A stretch of DNA of 32,000 nt from Nitrososphaera viennensis EN76. Its GTDB lineage: Archaea; Thermoproteota; Nitrososphaeria; Nitrososphaerales; Nitrososphaeraceae. Shown piece by piece: positions 16,546 to 25,047 of the stretch (positions are counted from its first letter, which is position 1; every line of letters starts with the position of its first letter). The stretch is from assembly GCF_000698785.1 (NCBI RefSeq), contig NZ_CP007536.1:300001-332000 (forward strand), written 5' to 3'. The position numbers and the translations under genes are program-made. The notes beneath the pieces are model-generated. The model searched no databases and was not told where the DNA came from. It saw only the letters and a program-made list of their open reading frames with translations.

Positions 16546-16791
16546 CTAGTTTGCCGGATTGTCGCTCGTAGCTGCGCCGTTGACGACTTCGGCAGTCGCG
16601 AACCTCGGTCCGATCTGCGTGACTCGGATCTTTGCGTTCTGACCTACCTTACCGTCTTTCACAAAGATGACAAAACCCTGTATCCTTGCGATTCCGTCTC
16701 CCTTGCGGGATATTTCCGTGATTTGAACATCGTATTCCTTGCCCGCTTCTACAGGCTTGGGACCGAAGTTATCTCTTCTTCCGTAACTCAT
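16546..16791 (-). CDS. TRAM-domain RNA-binding protein (short paralogue)
   Basis: MSYGRRDNFGPKPVEAGKEYDVQITEISRKGDGIARIQGFVIFVKDGKVGQNAKIRVTQIGPRFATAEVV is a clear paralogue of 10370-10783. ATG 16791 is preferred over TTG 16806. Confidence 0.85.
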   Translation of the reverse strand: MSYGRRDNFGPKPVEAGKEYDVQITEISRKGDGIARIQGFVIFVKDGKVGQNAKIRVTQIGPRFATAEVVNGAATSDNPAN

Positions 16792-16838
16792 ACGTATGGA
16801 GCGCAACTACTGTTCCATATATAAACTGTAAAAGCTCT

Positions 16839-17666
16839 TCAGGAGCCTATTCTCATGCCGTCGTCGCAGACCGACCGCAGACACTCTATCGCCGAAAGCA
16901 CAGCAAGATAGCTGGTCTTGGGGTTGCCCGGCGAAGGCACGTTGTTGACTGTAAAGCGGAACTCGCCAAAGCTTCCCTTTGCGGTTATCTCGTGCTGGTT
17001 CGTGGTAAACGCGGGGTCTGCAATGATGCGGACCATCGTCCTGTCGACCCCGATGCCTGCAAGGCTCAAGACGGCTGCGACGTTGACGTTTGCCGGAAAC
17101 GCCCTGACCGCGTCCGCGGCTGTTCCCTCATAGATGGTTGTCCGCTCTTTTACCTCGTCCAGCTTGACCTTGCTTGTCTCAAAGAACGGCGCGCCTGCAA
17201 GCGCCTTTGGGCTCTTTGTCGTGGTAAGCGTCACAGAATCCAAAAGGTGCCTGACTGCCCTAATTGCGTCAATCCCTGCAATCGCGCCCGTAGGCACGTA
17301 CAGCCTGCGTCCGCTCTTTTCTGCTTCCTTTAAAACCTCTGCAAGGAGCGCCTTGTCTGCAAGGGCGCCGACGCTCATCACCATCACGTCCTTTCCGGCG
17401 CGCAACACTTTCGCTGCAAACTTTTTTGCAGCCTCCTGCGACGCAGCCTCGACTATTATGTCGCAGTCTGTCTTCATGAAATCGTCAAAATCGGAAAATG
17501 CGGGGGGGCTTGTACGCAGTTTTTGCTTCAGCGCCTGCGCGCTATTCTGAACGACATCGAAAAGCGAGGCAAGAGAAGCGTTCCTTACCGCGCCGGTGTC
17601 GACTGCAATGGCAAGCTGGCTACCAATGGTGCCGCAGCCTATTATGCCGACTCTTCTTGCAGGCAT
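16839..17666 (-). CDS. nadX: L-aspartate dehydrogenase
   Basis: An N-terminal Rossmann motif VGIIGCGTIG, and a C-terminal HEITAKGSFGEFRFTVNNVPSPGNPKTSYLAVLSA typical of NadX. Confidence 0.85.
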   Translation of the reverse strand: MPARRVGIIGCGTIGSQLAIAVDTGAVRNASLASLFDVVQNSAQALKQKLRTSPPAFSDFDDFMKTDCDIIVEAASQEAAKKFAAKVLRAGKDVMVMSVGALADKALLAEVLKEAEKSGRRLYVPTGAIAGIDAIRAVRHLLDSVTLTTTKSPKALAGAPFFETSKVKLDEVKERTTIYEGTAADAVRAFPANVNVAAVLSLAGIGVDRTMVRIIADPAFTTNQHEITAKGSFGEFRFTVNNVPSPGNPKTSYLAVLSAIECLRSVCDDGMRIGS

Positions 17667-17714
17667 GTGTACTAGCAGGTAATGGGCAGGTGGGGGATTT
17701 TTACCCTTCTCTAC

Positions 17715-17897
17715 TTACCTTCTTCCACCGCGGCGCTCTGGCTTTTTCTGGCCCGGCAGCCTCTTTTTCTCAAAGCGCTTGACAAAGTTATCCTTGTTGC
17801 GCATCCTTGCTATCTTGCTTGAGCGTGGCTTGGCCTGAATTTTTGGCGTCTGGCCCCTGACCTTGCCCGCCTTTGTAAGCGATCCGTGTGTTGGCAT
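17715..17897 (-). CDS. rps30e: Ribosomal protein S30e (eS30)
   Basis: [17 protein letters not shown] followed by a basic tail. The 60-aa size fits. Confidence 0.85.
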   Translation of the reverse strand: MPTHGSLTKAGKVRGQTPKIQAKPRSSKIARMRNKDNFVKRFEKKRLPGQKKPERRGGRR

Positions 17898-17965
17898 TTA
17901 GTATCTCCAGAAGCATTATGGAATCGAAATTTATATGTGTATTCATCAACGCGCGTGCGTGTGTG

Positions 17966-18349
17966 TCATGAAAAAAGCCCGTCAAGTCGCGGTATTATGT
18001 GGTCAAGAATTATGGGCTCGTGCTTGACGCCCAGATCAAACGACACCATGAAAATGTGGGTGATTTTTGACGACTCTCTGATAGGTATCGTTGCCCTCTT
18101 GACCTTGCCGTACAGCGTATAGGCGTACAGCGTCTTGCCGAGTTCTGGCTCAAAGGTCGTCCGCATGTTCATCCTCATCAGCGACTGCAAAACCGATACT
18201 TCGCTCTCCTCCTTTGTCAAAAGAGGCTTCAGGCCCTTTCTGTACGCAAAGCCAATGAGCCTGCCGTTGCTGCTTGCAATGCCTGCAAACCTTATGCCCC
18301 TGTCTATTTCGAGTATCCTTTGACAGAAATCGTCAACGGCGCCGGGCAT
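17966..18349 (-). CDS. Hypothetical protein, paralogue C of the 7972/9366 family
   Basis: MPGAVDDFCQRILEIDRGIRFAGIASSNGRLIGFAYRKGLKPLLTKEESEVSVLQSL aligns with paralogue A. ATG 18349 is preferred because a TATA-like ATAAAATTTAAG sits immediately next to the upstream ATG at 18376. Confidence 0.6.
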   Translation of the reverse strand: MPGAVDDFCQRILEIDRGIRFAGIASSNGRLIGFAYRKGLKPLLTKEESEVSVLQSLMRMNMRTTFEPELGKTLYAYTLYGKVKRATIPIRESSKITHIFMVSFDLGVKHEPIILDHIIPRLDGLFS

Positions 18350-18528
18350 TTTTTCGCCTGTGAAATATCTGCGCATATTTCTTAAATTTTATCCAAAACT
18401 CTTCCAGCCGGACTGGTCTTTTGTGCATTGTTGTGCGTCAAATGTGGCAAGTATTGCCTACAATCTCGCAGGACCGGGCATGCGTATCCTCAATTATACT
18501 GGTTTAAATGTAGACCACATGAATCATT

Positions 18529-18546
18529 GTCTGTATATAGACAGAC
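18529..18546. promoter_or_regulatory. Inverted repeat abutting the nadA start codon
   Basis: GTCTGT-ATATAG-ACAGAC has perfect 6-bp arms and ends 1 nt before the nadA ATG. A TATA-like TTTAAAT lies about 40 nt upstream of the ATG. Confidence 0.3.
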
Positions 18547-19497
18547 ATGACCATGCTTGCAATCGACTTTAAGGAGCAGGTCCTGCGGCTGAAGAAGGAA
18601 AGAAACGCCGTTATTTTGGCGCACAACTACCAGCTTCCCGAAGTGCAGGACGTCGCCGACTTTATCGGCGATTCACTAGCCCTGTCCAAGAACGCGGCGG
18701 CAACAGACGCAGACGTAATCGTGTTCTGCGGCGTCCACTTTATGGCCGAGACTGCGTCGATACTGTGCCCGGAAAAGAAGGTGCTCATCCCAGACCTTGA
18801 GGCCGGATGCTCGCTTGCGTCCACCATAAACGCAGACGAGCTTGCCGCATGGAAGCAGGAGCACCCGGACGCAGTGGTGGTGAGTTATGTCAACACGACT
18901 GCAGAGGTCAAGGCGCTGTCAGACTATTGCTGCACGTCTTCAAACGCAGTCAAGGTCGTCAACAGCATACCTGCCGACAGGAAGGTGCTGTTCCTGCCGG
19001 ACATGTTCCTTGGCTCGTACGTTGCAGAAGTTACGAAACGCAAGAACATGTACATATGGCCTGGCGAGTGCCACGTGCACGCAGGCATAAAGTCAGAAGA
19101 CATCAACAAGATGCTTGCAACGCTCAAGAACGCGGACTTTCTCGTGCACCCAGAATGCAGCTGCACATCATCTACGATGTACCACATGGCCAAGGGCGAC
19201 CTTGCCCAAAAGGGGCACATCTTGTCGACAGAGGGCATGATGAAGCACGCCCGCACGTCTGGCGCCAAGCAGTTCGTGGTTGCAACCGAAACGGGCATAC
19301 TCTACAGGATGAAGAAGGAAAACCCTGACAAGGAGTTCATACCAATCAAGGAAGACGCCACCTGCCGCTACATGAAAAAGATAACGCTGGAAAAGGTCTA
19401 CAATTCGCTGGCACACAACGTCTATGAAGTAAAGGTGTCAAAGGAAATTGCAGACAAGGCGAAGCTGGCCATCGACAGGATGCTGGCCCTCTCTTAA
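18547..19497 (+). CDS. nadA: Quinolinate synthase
   Basis: ILAHNYQ, VHFMAETA, YVNT..EVKA, LFLPD, VHPEC and ATE.G motifs. 316 aa. Confidence 0.93.
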   Translation: MTMLAIDFKEQVLRLKKERNAVILAHNYQLPEVQDVADFIGDSLALSKNAAATDADVIVFCGVHFMAETASILCPEKKVLIPDLEAGCSLASTINADELAAWKQEHPDAVVVSYVNTTAEVKALSDYCCTSSNAVKVVNSIPADRKVLFLPDMFLGSYVAEVTKRKNMYIWPGECHVHAGIKSEDINKMLATLKNADFLVHPECSCTSSTMYHMAKGDLAQKGHILSTEGMMKHARTSGAKQFVVATETGILYRMKKENPDKEFIPIKEDATCRYMKKITLEKVYNSLAHNVYEVKVSKEIADKAKLAIDRMLALS

Positions 19498-20363
19498 CTT
19501 TTTGTTATTTTTGTTTTTATTATTTCCAGGCTAAAGTCGGCTGCCTTTGGCGAGTGGGTGATGTAGCCCATCGAGACATAATCCGGCCTAGCTTTTGCGT
19601 ACTGCCTTATGTTCTTGTGGTTCACGCCGCCCGAAATTTCAATCGTGGCTTTTTTGCGCAGGCCGAGTCTTGCAATGTTTTTGATCGCCTTGGCAGCCTG
19701 CGCCGGCGTGAAATTGTCCAGCATGACAATGTCCGCGCCGGCCTTGATGGCTGCAATCGCCTCCTTTTCGCTCTTGGCCTCGCACTCGACCTTGATGGCA
19801 GTGCCTGCGCCTTTTCTTGCAAGGCTGACGCACTTGTCCGGCGCGCCCGCAAGGGCGATGTGGTTGTCCTTTATCAGTACCATGTCGTCAAGGCGCATCC
19901 TGTGCGCCAGCCCTCCGCCGAGAACGACTGCCTTTTTGTCAAAGTAGCGCAGGCCCGGAGCCGTCTTGCGTGTGGCCGCTATCTTGACCGGCCTAGCCTT
20001 GTCCGCAAGCGCCCTCGTCTCTGTGGCGATGCCACTCATCCTCATTACCAGATTCAAGGCGACGCGCTCTGCCTTTAGTATCGCCCTTGCATTGCCCTTG
20101 ATTATCATGACGGTCTTGCTCTTGCTCACCTTTGCGCCATCCTTGACAAGCGCCCTTGCCGAGCAGCCGCAGATGTCAAAAATGATGCCCGCCTCTTCAA
20201 GCCCGCAGACAATGCAGTTGTCTGTCTTGCAGACTATCTCTGCCCTTGCGTTCATGCCGGCAGGGATTGTGGTGTCGCTTGTAATGTCGCCTGTCCCGGC
20301 GTCTTCCTGTATGAAAGAAACGAGCGCTTGCCTGACGTCTAGAAATGTATCCAGGCTTGACAA
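19494..20363 (-). CDS. nadC: Nicotinate-nucleotide pyrophosphorylase (carboxylating)
   Basis: QEDAGTGDITS, ERVALNL, RKTAPGLR, LIKDNH, IMLDNF and EISGG motifs. The TTG start lies 2 nt after the spt4 stop. The 3' end overlaps nadA by 4 nt (TTAA). Confidence 0.92.
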   Translation of the reverse strand: MSSLDTFLDVRQALVSFIQEDAGTGDITSDTTIPAGMNARAEIVCKTDNCIVCGLEEAGIIFDICGCSARALVKDGAKVSKSKTVMIIKGNARAILKAERVALNLVMRMSGIATETRALADKARPVKIAATRKTAPGLRYFDKKAVVLGGGLAHRMRLDDMVLIKDNHIALAGAPDKCVSLARKGAGTAIKVECEAKSEKEAIAAIKAGADIVMLDNFTPAQAAKAIKNIARLGLRKKATIEISGGVNHKNIRQYAKARPDYVSMGYITHSPKAADFSLEIIKTKITKS

Positions 20364-20365
20364 CC

Positions 20366-20554
20366 TTACTGGACCTTCAGCGCGTACCTGCTTGGGGTGG
20401 TTATTTCAAGAGTGCTTGCCACAAGCGACTTTGCAGGGTCAAACACCAGAATGATGCCTGACCAGTCTGGGCTCAGGTCCGTCGACTTGCACACGGGGCA
20501 CACCTTGCCGCTGGTGAGGGCCTTGCACTTTCTGCAAGCCTTTTCCTTGGCCAT
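20366..20554 (-). CDS. spt4: Transcription elongation factor Spt4 (RpoE'')
   Basis: MAKEKACRKCKALTSGKVCPVCKSTDLSPDWSGIILV carries the zinc ribbon and WSG motif typical of archaeal Spt4. It starts at the internal ATG of the 92-aa track ORF, 5 nt after the rpo7 stop. Confidence 0.85.
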   Translation of the reverse strand: MAKEKACRKCKALTSGKVCPVCKSTDLSPDWSGIILVFDPAKSLVASTLEITTPSRYALKVQ

Positions 20555-20559
20555 ATATC

Positions 20560-21162
20560 CTACTTGCCTCCCTTCTTCTCCTTTGGAGCAGCCGCCGGCT
20601 TGGCTTCTCCGCCCTTGCCCTTTTTGATCTCTTCCTGTATCCATTCAAGGGCGCCAAGGAACGGCTGCCTGCACGTGATGCCGATCTTGCCCATGCCTGC
20701 GCCCTTGCCGAGGCTGACTGCAGTTATCCTTGCGCGGATTTTCGACCCTATCTTTAGCGCGCGGGAAGACTGGTTTGCGACGATGACGCCCTGCTTTACG
20801 TCGCTTTTCAAATAGTCGTCGGTGATCTGCGAAAGGTGCAGCAGCGCGTCTGTAGGGCCGATCCTTACAAACGCGCCAAAGTCGGTGATTTCCACGACCT
20901 CGCCTTCGACCACTTCCTGCAACTTGGGGTAGAACGTGAGTGCCTTGAATGTGACCTTGTGGTAGGTGGCGCCGTCTCCGGCCACCAGCTTGCCCGTTGA
21001 ACTTACCTCTGCGTCGGTGATCATGACAACATATCCGACATCCGGCGAGAGCATGCTTTCATATTTTTCCTTGAGGATCTGGATAGCGGCATCTTTGAGA
21101 GAGTTTGTCAGCCTGCTTGGAGGAATCCTGACGACGTCGCTCATATGCACTATGGCAAACAT
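20560..21162 (-). CDS. rpoE: DNA-directed RNA polymerase subunit Rpo7 (E')
   Basis: The N-terminal Rpo7 fold sequence is MFAIVHMSDVVRIPPSRL. The S1 domain is GEVVEITDFGAFVRIGPTDALLHLSQI. The tail is Lys/Gly-rich. Confidence 0.9.
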   Translation of the reverse strand: MFAIVHMSDVVRIPPSRLTNSLKDAAIQILKEKYESMLSPDVGYVVMITDAEVSSTGKLVAGDGATYHKVTFKALTFYPKLQEVVEGEVVEITDFGAFVRIGPTDALLHLSQITDDYLKSDVKQGVIVANQSSRALKIGSKIRARITAVSLGKGAGMGKIGITCRQPFLGALEWIQEEIKKGKGGEAKPAAAPKEKKGGK

Positions 21163-21321
21163 AATATTGTACGCGAGAATGTGATAAACGCAACTTTATG
21201 AACTTTTGGATTACATAAAGTCTAAAATTTTCTATATCATACCTCGTGCCTTTGGCTCTGTTTTAAGCTACAAACATGCCAAAACGATGATTTAAATACG
21301 GTGTAGGCAAATTTTTCTCAA

Positions 21322-22440
21322 ATGGTGACGGTAGATCAAGTCCTAGGCTCCCTGAAAAAAGTGGTTGACCCCGAGCTCCACAAGGACATTGTTTCAATGG
21401 GAATGATAAAGGATCTTTCGATAAATGACGGCAAGGTTGCTTTCACGCTTGAACTCACAACTCCCGCATGCCCATTCAACAGCGACATCGAGCGGGACGT
21501 GCGCGCCGCCATAGCGGGAATTGGCGTCAAGGACCTGCAGATGCGCGTCACAGCACGCGTCATGGAAGGAAGGGCGCTAAACCTCGACGAACTGCTGCCG
21601 GGGGTAAAGAACATCGTGGCAGTCGCGTCCGGCAAGGGCGGAGTCGGCAAGACCACGGTTTCTGTAAACCTCGCGCTGTCGCTTGCAAAGACTGGCGCCA
21701 AGGTCGGGCTTCTCGACGCTGACATTTACGGCCCGAGCGTCCCCCTGATGCTGGGGCTAAAGGCGCAGCCGGAGGTCGAAAACAACAAGATCCAGCCGCC
21801 AGAGGTCGCAGGCGTAAAGGTGATCTCGATGGGCTTTTTCTACGAGCAGTCGCAGCAGGCAGGAATCTACCGCGGCCCTATCGTCTCGGGAATCGTCAAG
21901 CAGTTCCTTACTGATGTCAACTGGGGCGAGCTCGACTACCTCATTATCGACCTGCCGCCTGGAACAGGCGACGCGCCGCTTACGATAGCGCAGACAATCC
22001 CTATCACCGGCATACTCATCGTCACCACGCCGCAGGACGTCGCCATGAACGTGGCCGTCAAGGCTGTGGGGATGTTCCACAAGCTCAACGTCCCGATTAT
22101 CGGCGTGGTGGAAAACATGTCTTTTCTCAACTGCCCGCACTGCAATGAGCAGATCTACCTCTTTGGCAAGGGCGGCGGCAAAAAGATAAGCGACGACTTT
22201 AACATCCCGTTCATAGGCGAGATCCCGCTGCACCAGCACATCAGCCAGGGAAGCGACACCGGCAAGCCAACCGTGCTTTCAGAGCCCCAGTCCTTCCAGG
22301 CGCAGTCCTTTGAAAAGGCGGCCAAGATGATTGCCGGAAGGATAAGCATCATCGCGGCAGAAATGCGCGCGCAGGAAGAGGCAGAGACCAAGGAGCAGCA
22401 AGAAGGTGCCAAGGCTCCCGAAAACAAGCCGTCAGCTTAA
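21322..22440 (+). CDS. Mrp/NBP35/ApbC-family Fe-S cluster carrier ATPase with an N-terminal DUF59/MIP18 domain
   Basis: DPELHKDIVSMGMI (DUF59), deviant Walker A SGKGGVGKTT and CPHCNEQ (CxxC). Confidence 0.9.
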   Translation: MVTVDQVLGSLKKVVDPELHKDIVSMGMIKDLSINDGKVAFTLELTTPACPFNSDIERDVRAAIAGIGVKDLQMRVTARVMEGRALNLDELLPGVKNIVAVASGKGGVGKTTVSVNLALSLAKTGAKVGLLDADIYGPSVPLMLGLKAQPEVENNKIQPPEVAGVKVISMGFFYEQSQQAGIYRGPIVSGIVKQFLTDVNWGELDYLIIDLPPGTGDAPLTIAQTIPITGILIVTTPQDVAMNVAVKAVGMFHKLNVPIIGVVENMSFLNCPHCNEQIYLFGKGGGKKISDDFNIPFIGEIPLHQHISQGSDTGKPTVLSEPQSFQAQSFEKAAKMIAGRISIIAAEMRAQEEAETKEQQEGAKAPENKPSA

Positions 22441-22471
22441 TAGCCCGACGCCTGCAACACTACATCTATAC

Positions 22472-22966
22472 TTGCGCCAGGAAGACTTAAAAGCACTCAA
22501 AAAGCCATTTGGCACGCTCGTACCTGACGCGCAGGTAACGAAGGAAAAGATTTCTGCCATTGTCAGGGGCGCCAAGAAGACAATCGCAGTCGGCGACGCG
22601 ACGACAGAGCGGCTGCTCGGCTTTGGGATAACGCCCAACCTTGCAGTAGTCGACGGCAAGGAGCGGCGCCTTGTACGCGAATATCCAAGGCATGACGCAA
22701 AGGAAATCCATTGCACAAACCCTGCCGGCGCGATTTCACAAGCTGCAGTCGACCTCTTGAAAGAGGCGCTGCTTGAAAAAAAGCCGGTGCTCGTGGTCGT
22801 GGAAGGCGAGGAAGACCTACTTGCGCTCCCGGTATTTGCGATGGCGCCTGAAGGCGCAGTCGTTCTGTACGGTCAGCCTCTTGAAGGCATGGTTGCAGTC
22901 AAGATAACGACTTCAAAAAGGAAGCAGGCTAAAGACTTAATGGACAGGATTGGCGTCGAAAAATAG
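22472..22966 (+). CDS. DUF359-family GTP-dependent dephospho-CoA kinase
   Basis: LKKPFGTLV, VGDATTERL, PNLAVVDGKERR and VVVEGEEDLLALP are typical of DUF359. The track start GTG 22406 lies inside the upstream gene. TTG 22472 gives a family-like N-terminus, but the start remains uncertain. Confidence 0.75.
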   Translation: MRQEDLKALKKPFGTLVPDAQVTKEKISAIVRGAKKTIAVGDATTERLLGFGITPNLAVVDGKERRLVREYPRHDAKEIHCTNPAGAISQAAVDLLKEALLEKKPVLVVVEGEEDLLALPVFAMAPEGAVVLYGQPLEGMVAVKITTSKRKQAKDLMDRIGVEK

Positions 22967-22967
22967 C

Positions 22968-23031
22968 GGGGTATGATGATGTGGTGGCTGGAAGATATTC
23001 CAGATGATTGTATATACCACTAGCTGACCCC
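22968..23031 (+). ncRNA. C/D box sRNA candidate (2'-O-methylation guide)
   Basis: The arrangement is 5' GGGG-UAU-GAUGA ... CUGA-CCCC 3'. This gives a 4-bp terminal stem, a 3-nt bulge and tandem GA/AG pairs, as in a k-turn. The C box AUGAUGA is at 22973-22979 and the D box CUGA at 23024-23027. A degenerate D' (AAGA, 22992-22995) sits exactly 12 nt after box C. A C'-like AGAUGA/AUGAUUG lies at 23002-23010. The candidate sits in a 79-nt intergenic gap. Confidence 0.55.
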
Positions 23032-23045
23032 ACACAAAAAACTTC

Positions 23046-23168
23046 TTAGCCGTCGCAGCCGCAGCCGTCCTTGCTCATGTCGTACTTGCCGATGTTGAAT
23101 TTCTTGGCACAAGCGTCGCATACACTCTTGCCATAGTCGATCTTGGCATTGCAAAACGTGCAGATCAT
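23046..23168 (-). CDS. Micro-protein (40 aa), Cys-rich zinc ribbon
   Basis: My translation is MICTFCNAKIDYGKSVCDACAKKFNIGKYDMSKDGCGCDG. GGAGAG lies just upstream of the ATG and TTTAAAAA about 45 nt upstream. It is not in the ORF track. Confidence 0.45.
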   Translation of the reverse strand: MICTFCNAKIDYGKSVCDACAKKFNIGKYDMSKDGCGCDG

Positions 23169-23225
23169 CTCTCCTATTTGCTGCTTCAACAGTTACAAAA
23201 GTGTGTAGTTAGTTTTTAAATCTTG

Positions 23226-23459
23226 CTACATCGGTGCGATGAGTATCTTGGGACGATTCGGAGTATTATGATGGCATTTCTTGCCGCAGATGGGGCAGTT
23301 CTTCCTGTCAAGGAATATGCATTGGCATATGTGGACCTTCATGTAACTTTCTGCCGCCCTGCTGGGCTCGCCGGTACCATTGCAGAAGGGACACTGCGAA
23401 TCTGTGATCGCAATGACTCCCTTACCTGCGCACACGGGACACTGCTCCGCCTGCATCAT
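23226..23459 (-). CDS. Small protein (77 aa) with DnaJ-type CxxCxGxG zinc-finger repeats
   Basis: CPVCAGKG and CPFCNGTG are exact CxxCxGxG motifs, followed by CPICGKKCHH. There is no J domain. Confidence 0.55.
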   Translation of the reverse strand: MMQAEQCPVCAGKGVIAITDSQCPFCNGTGEPSRAAESYMKVHICQCIFLDRKNCPICGKKCHHNTPNRPKILIAPM

Positions 23460-23556
23460 AACAACCGCTACAGCATAACCAGTGCTATTTAATCATATCA
23501 GTCTGGATTCGTGAAGTTTGTTATATTGGCGCCTCCAAGGTTAGGCGTATATATTG

Positions 23557-25038
23557 ATGATAAGCGAAGGACTTGCTCGCATTGCCAAGGGGGAGGTGCT
23601 CTCTGACGAGTGGAACCGGCGGGTCTACTCGATGGACGCAAGCCACTATGAAATCAGGCCCGCGCTGGTGGCGTGCCCAAAGGACGCCGGCGACGTGCAG
23701 GCAATCTGCAATTACGCGTTTTCAAAAAAGGTGCCGGTGACGGGGAGGGGCGCGGGGACCGGCCTGCTCGGCCAGTCGCTTTCGGACGGCGGCCTCGTGC
23801 TTGATTTTGCAAAGCACATGAACAGGGTGCTTGAAGTGGGCGACGACTATGTAGTAGTCGAGCCCGGGATAGTAAAGGGCGTCCTTGACAAGGAGCTGAA
23901 AAAGAGGGACAAGTTTCTGCCGCCGGACCCTGCAAGCAGCAACTATTGCACAATCGGAGGCATGATAGCGGATAATTCAAGCGGCGTGCACTGCCTTGGG
24001 TACGGCAACACGATCGACTTTGTCGAGGCACTTGACCTTGTGTACGCGGACGGCTCGGCCGGTCATGCGGGCAAGGGCAGTTATTATTTTGACGCGCGCA
24101 TGGAGAGATTGAAACGGCTGCTTGGGCAAAGCGCCGAAATTATAAACAGCAGCTACCCAAAGGTGAGCAAGAACTCGTGCGGCTACAGGCTGGATGCGGC
24201 TATAAAGCATGGCTTTGAGCCGCACAAGGTCATTGCCGCATCAGAGGGGACGCTTGCTCTCGTCGCTTCTGCAAGGTTGCGTATACTGGACCTCCCCCAA
24301 CACCGCTTTCTGCTCGTGCTTGGCTTTGAAGACCTGCTCGCCGCGGTAAGGGCCGTCCCCGCGATACTGGAATCGTCGCCGGTCGCCCTTGAAATGCTGG
24401 ATGCAACGGTCCTTGCACTAGAGAAAAACGCCGAGACCGGCTGCCTCTTGTACGTCGAGTTTGCCGGCGACAACCGCGCCAATGTTGAAGCGCAGATGGC
24501 AAGATGCCGGGACCGGATGGCGACGACAAGTGCCCGGGTGGTGGAATACGCGACCGACGAGCAGAGCATGGCCAGGATCTGGGCGGCAAGAAAGGGCGCC
24601 CTTGGGAACATCATGAAGATGACGGTTGGAAGCAGAAAGCCAATAGGGCTCGTAGAGGACACGGTCGTCCGCCCCGAGATGCTTGCTGCTCACACGGAGA
24701 ACCTGCTTGCCGCATACCGAGACAACAAACTCGACTATGTCATGTACGGCCACGTGGGGGATGGCAACATACACACGCGGCCCCTCGTCGACACGAGTTC
24801 AAAATCCGAGTCGGAGATGATAAGCGCGCTTGCCGCCCGCGTCTTTGCACAGGTGATAGCAAGCGGCGGGACGATAACGGGCGAGCACGGCGACGGCCTT
24901 GCAAGGGTCGGCTACATCGAGCAGATGTACGGCAAGAAAATGACCGCACTTTTCAAAACGGTCAAGGAACTGTTCGACCCCGGATACCTGCTGAACCCTG
25001 CCAAGAAAGTACCGTTTAAGAACAAGCGCGATGTGTAG
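23557..25038 (+). CDS. FAD-linked oxidase (GlcD / D-lactate dehydrogenase-like, FAD_binding_4 plus C-terminal oxidase domain)
   Basis: TGRGAGTGLLGQS, CTIGGMIADNSSG and GTITGEHGDGLAR motifs. ATG 23557 directly follows the TTG at 23554. Confidence 0.88.
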   Translation: MISEGLARIAKGEVLSDEWNRRVYSMDASHYEIRPALVACPKDAGDVQAICNYAFSKKVPVTGRGAGTGLLGQSLSDGGLVLDFAKHMNRVLEVGDDYVVVEPGIVKGVLDKELKKRDKFLPPDPASSNYCTIGGMIADNSSGVHCLGYGNTIDFVEALDLVYADGSAGHAGKGSYYFDARMERLKRLLGQSAEIINSSYPKVSKNSCGYRLDAAIKHGFEPHKVIAASEGTLALVASARLRILDLPQHRFLLVLGFEDLLAAVRAVPAILESSPVALEMLDATVLALEKNAETGCLLYVEFAGDNRANVEAQMARCRDRMATTSARVVEYATDEQSMARIWAARKGALGNIMKMTVGSRKPIGLVEDTVVRPEMLAAHTENLLAAYRDNKLDYVMYGHVGDGNIHTRPLVDTSSKSESEMISALAARVFAQVIASGGTITGEHGDGLARVGYIEQMYGKKMTALFKTVKELFDPGYLLNPAKKVPFKNKRDV

Positions 25039-25047
25039 CTGGCTATC

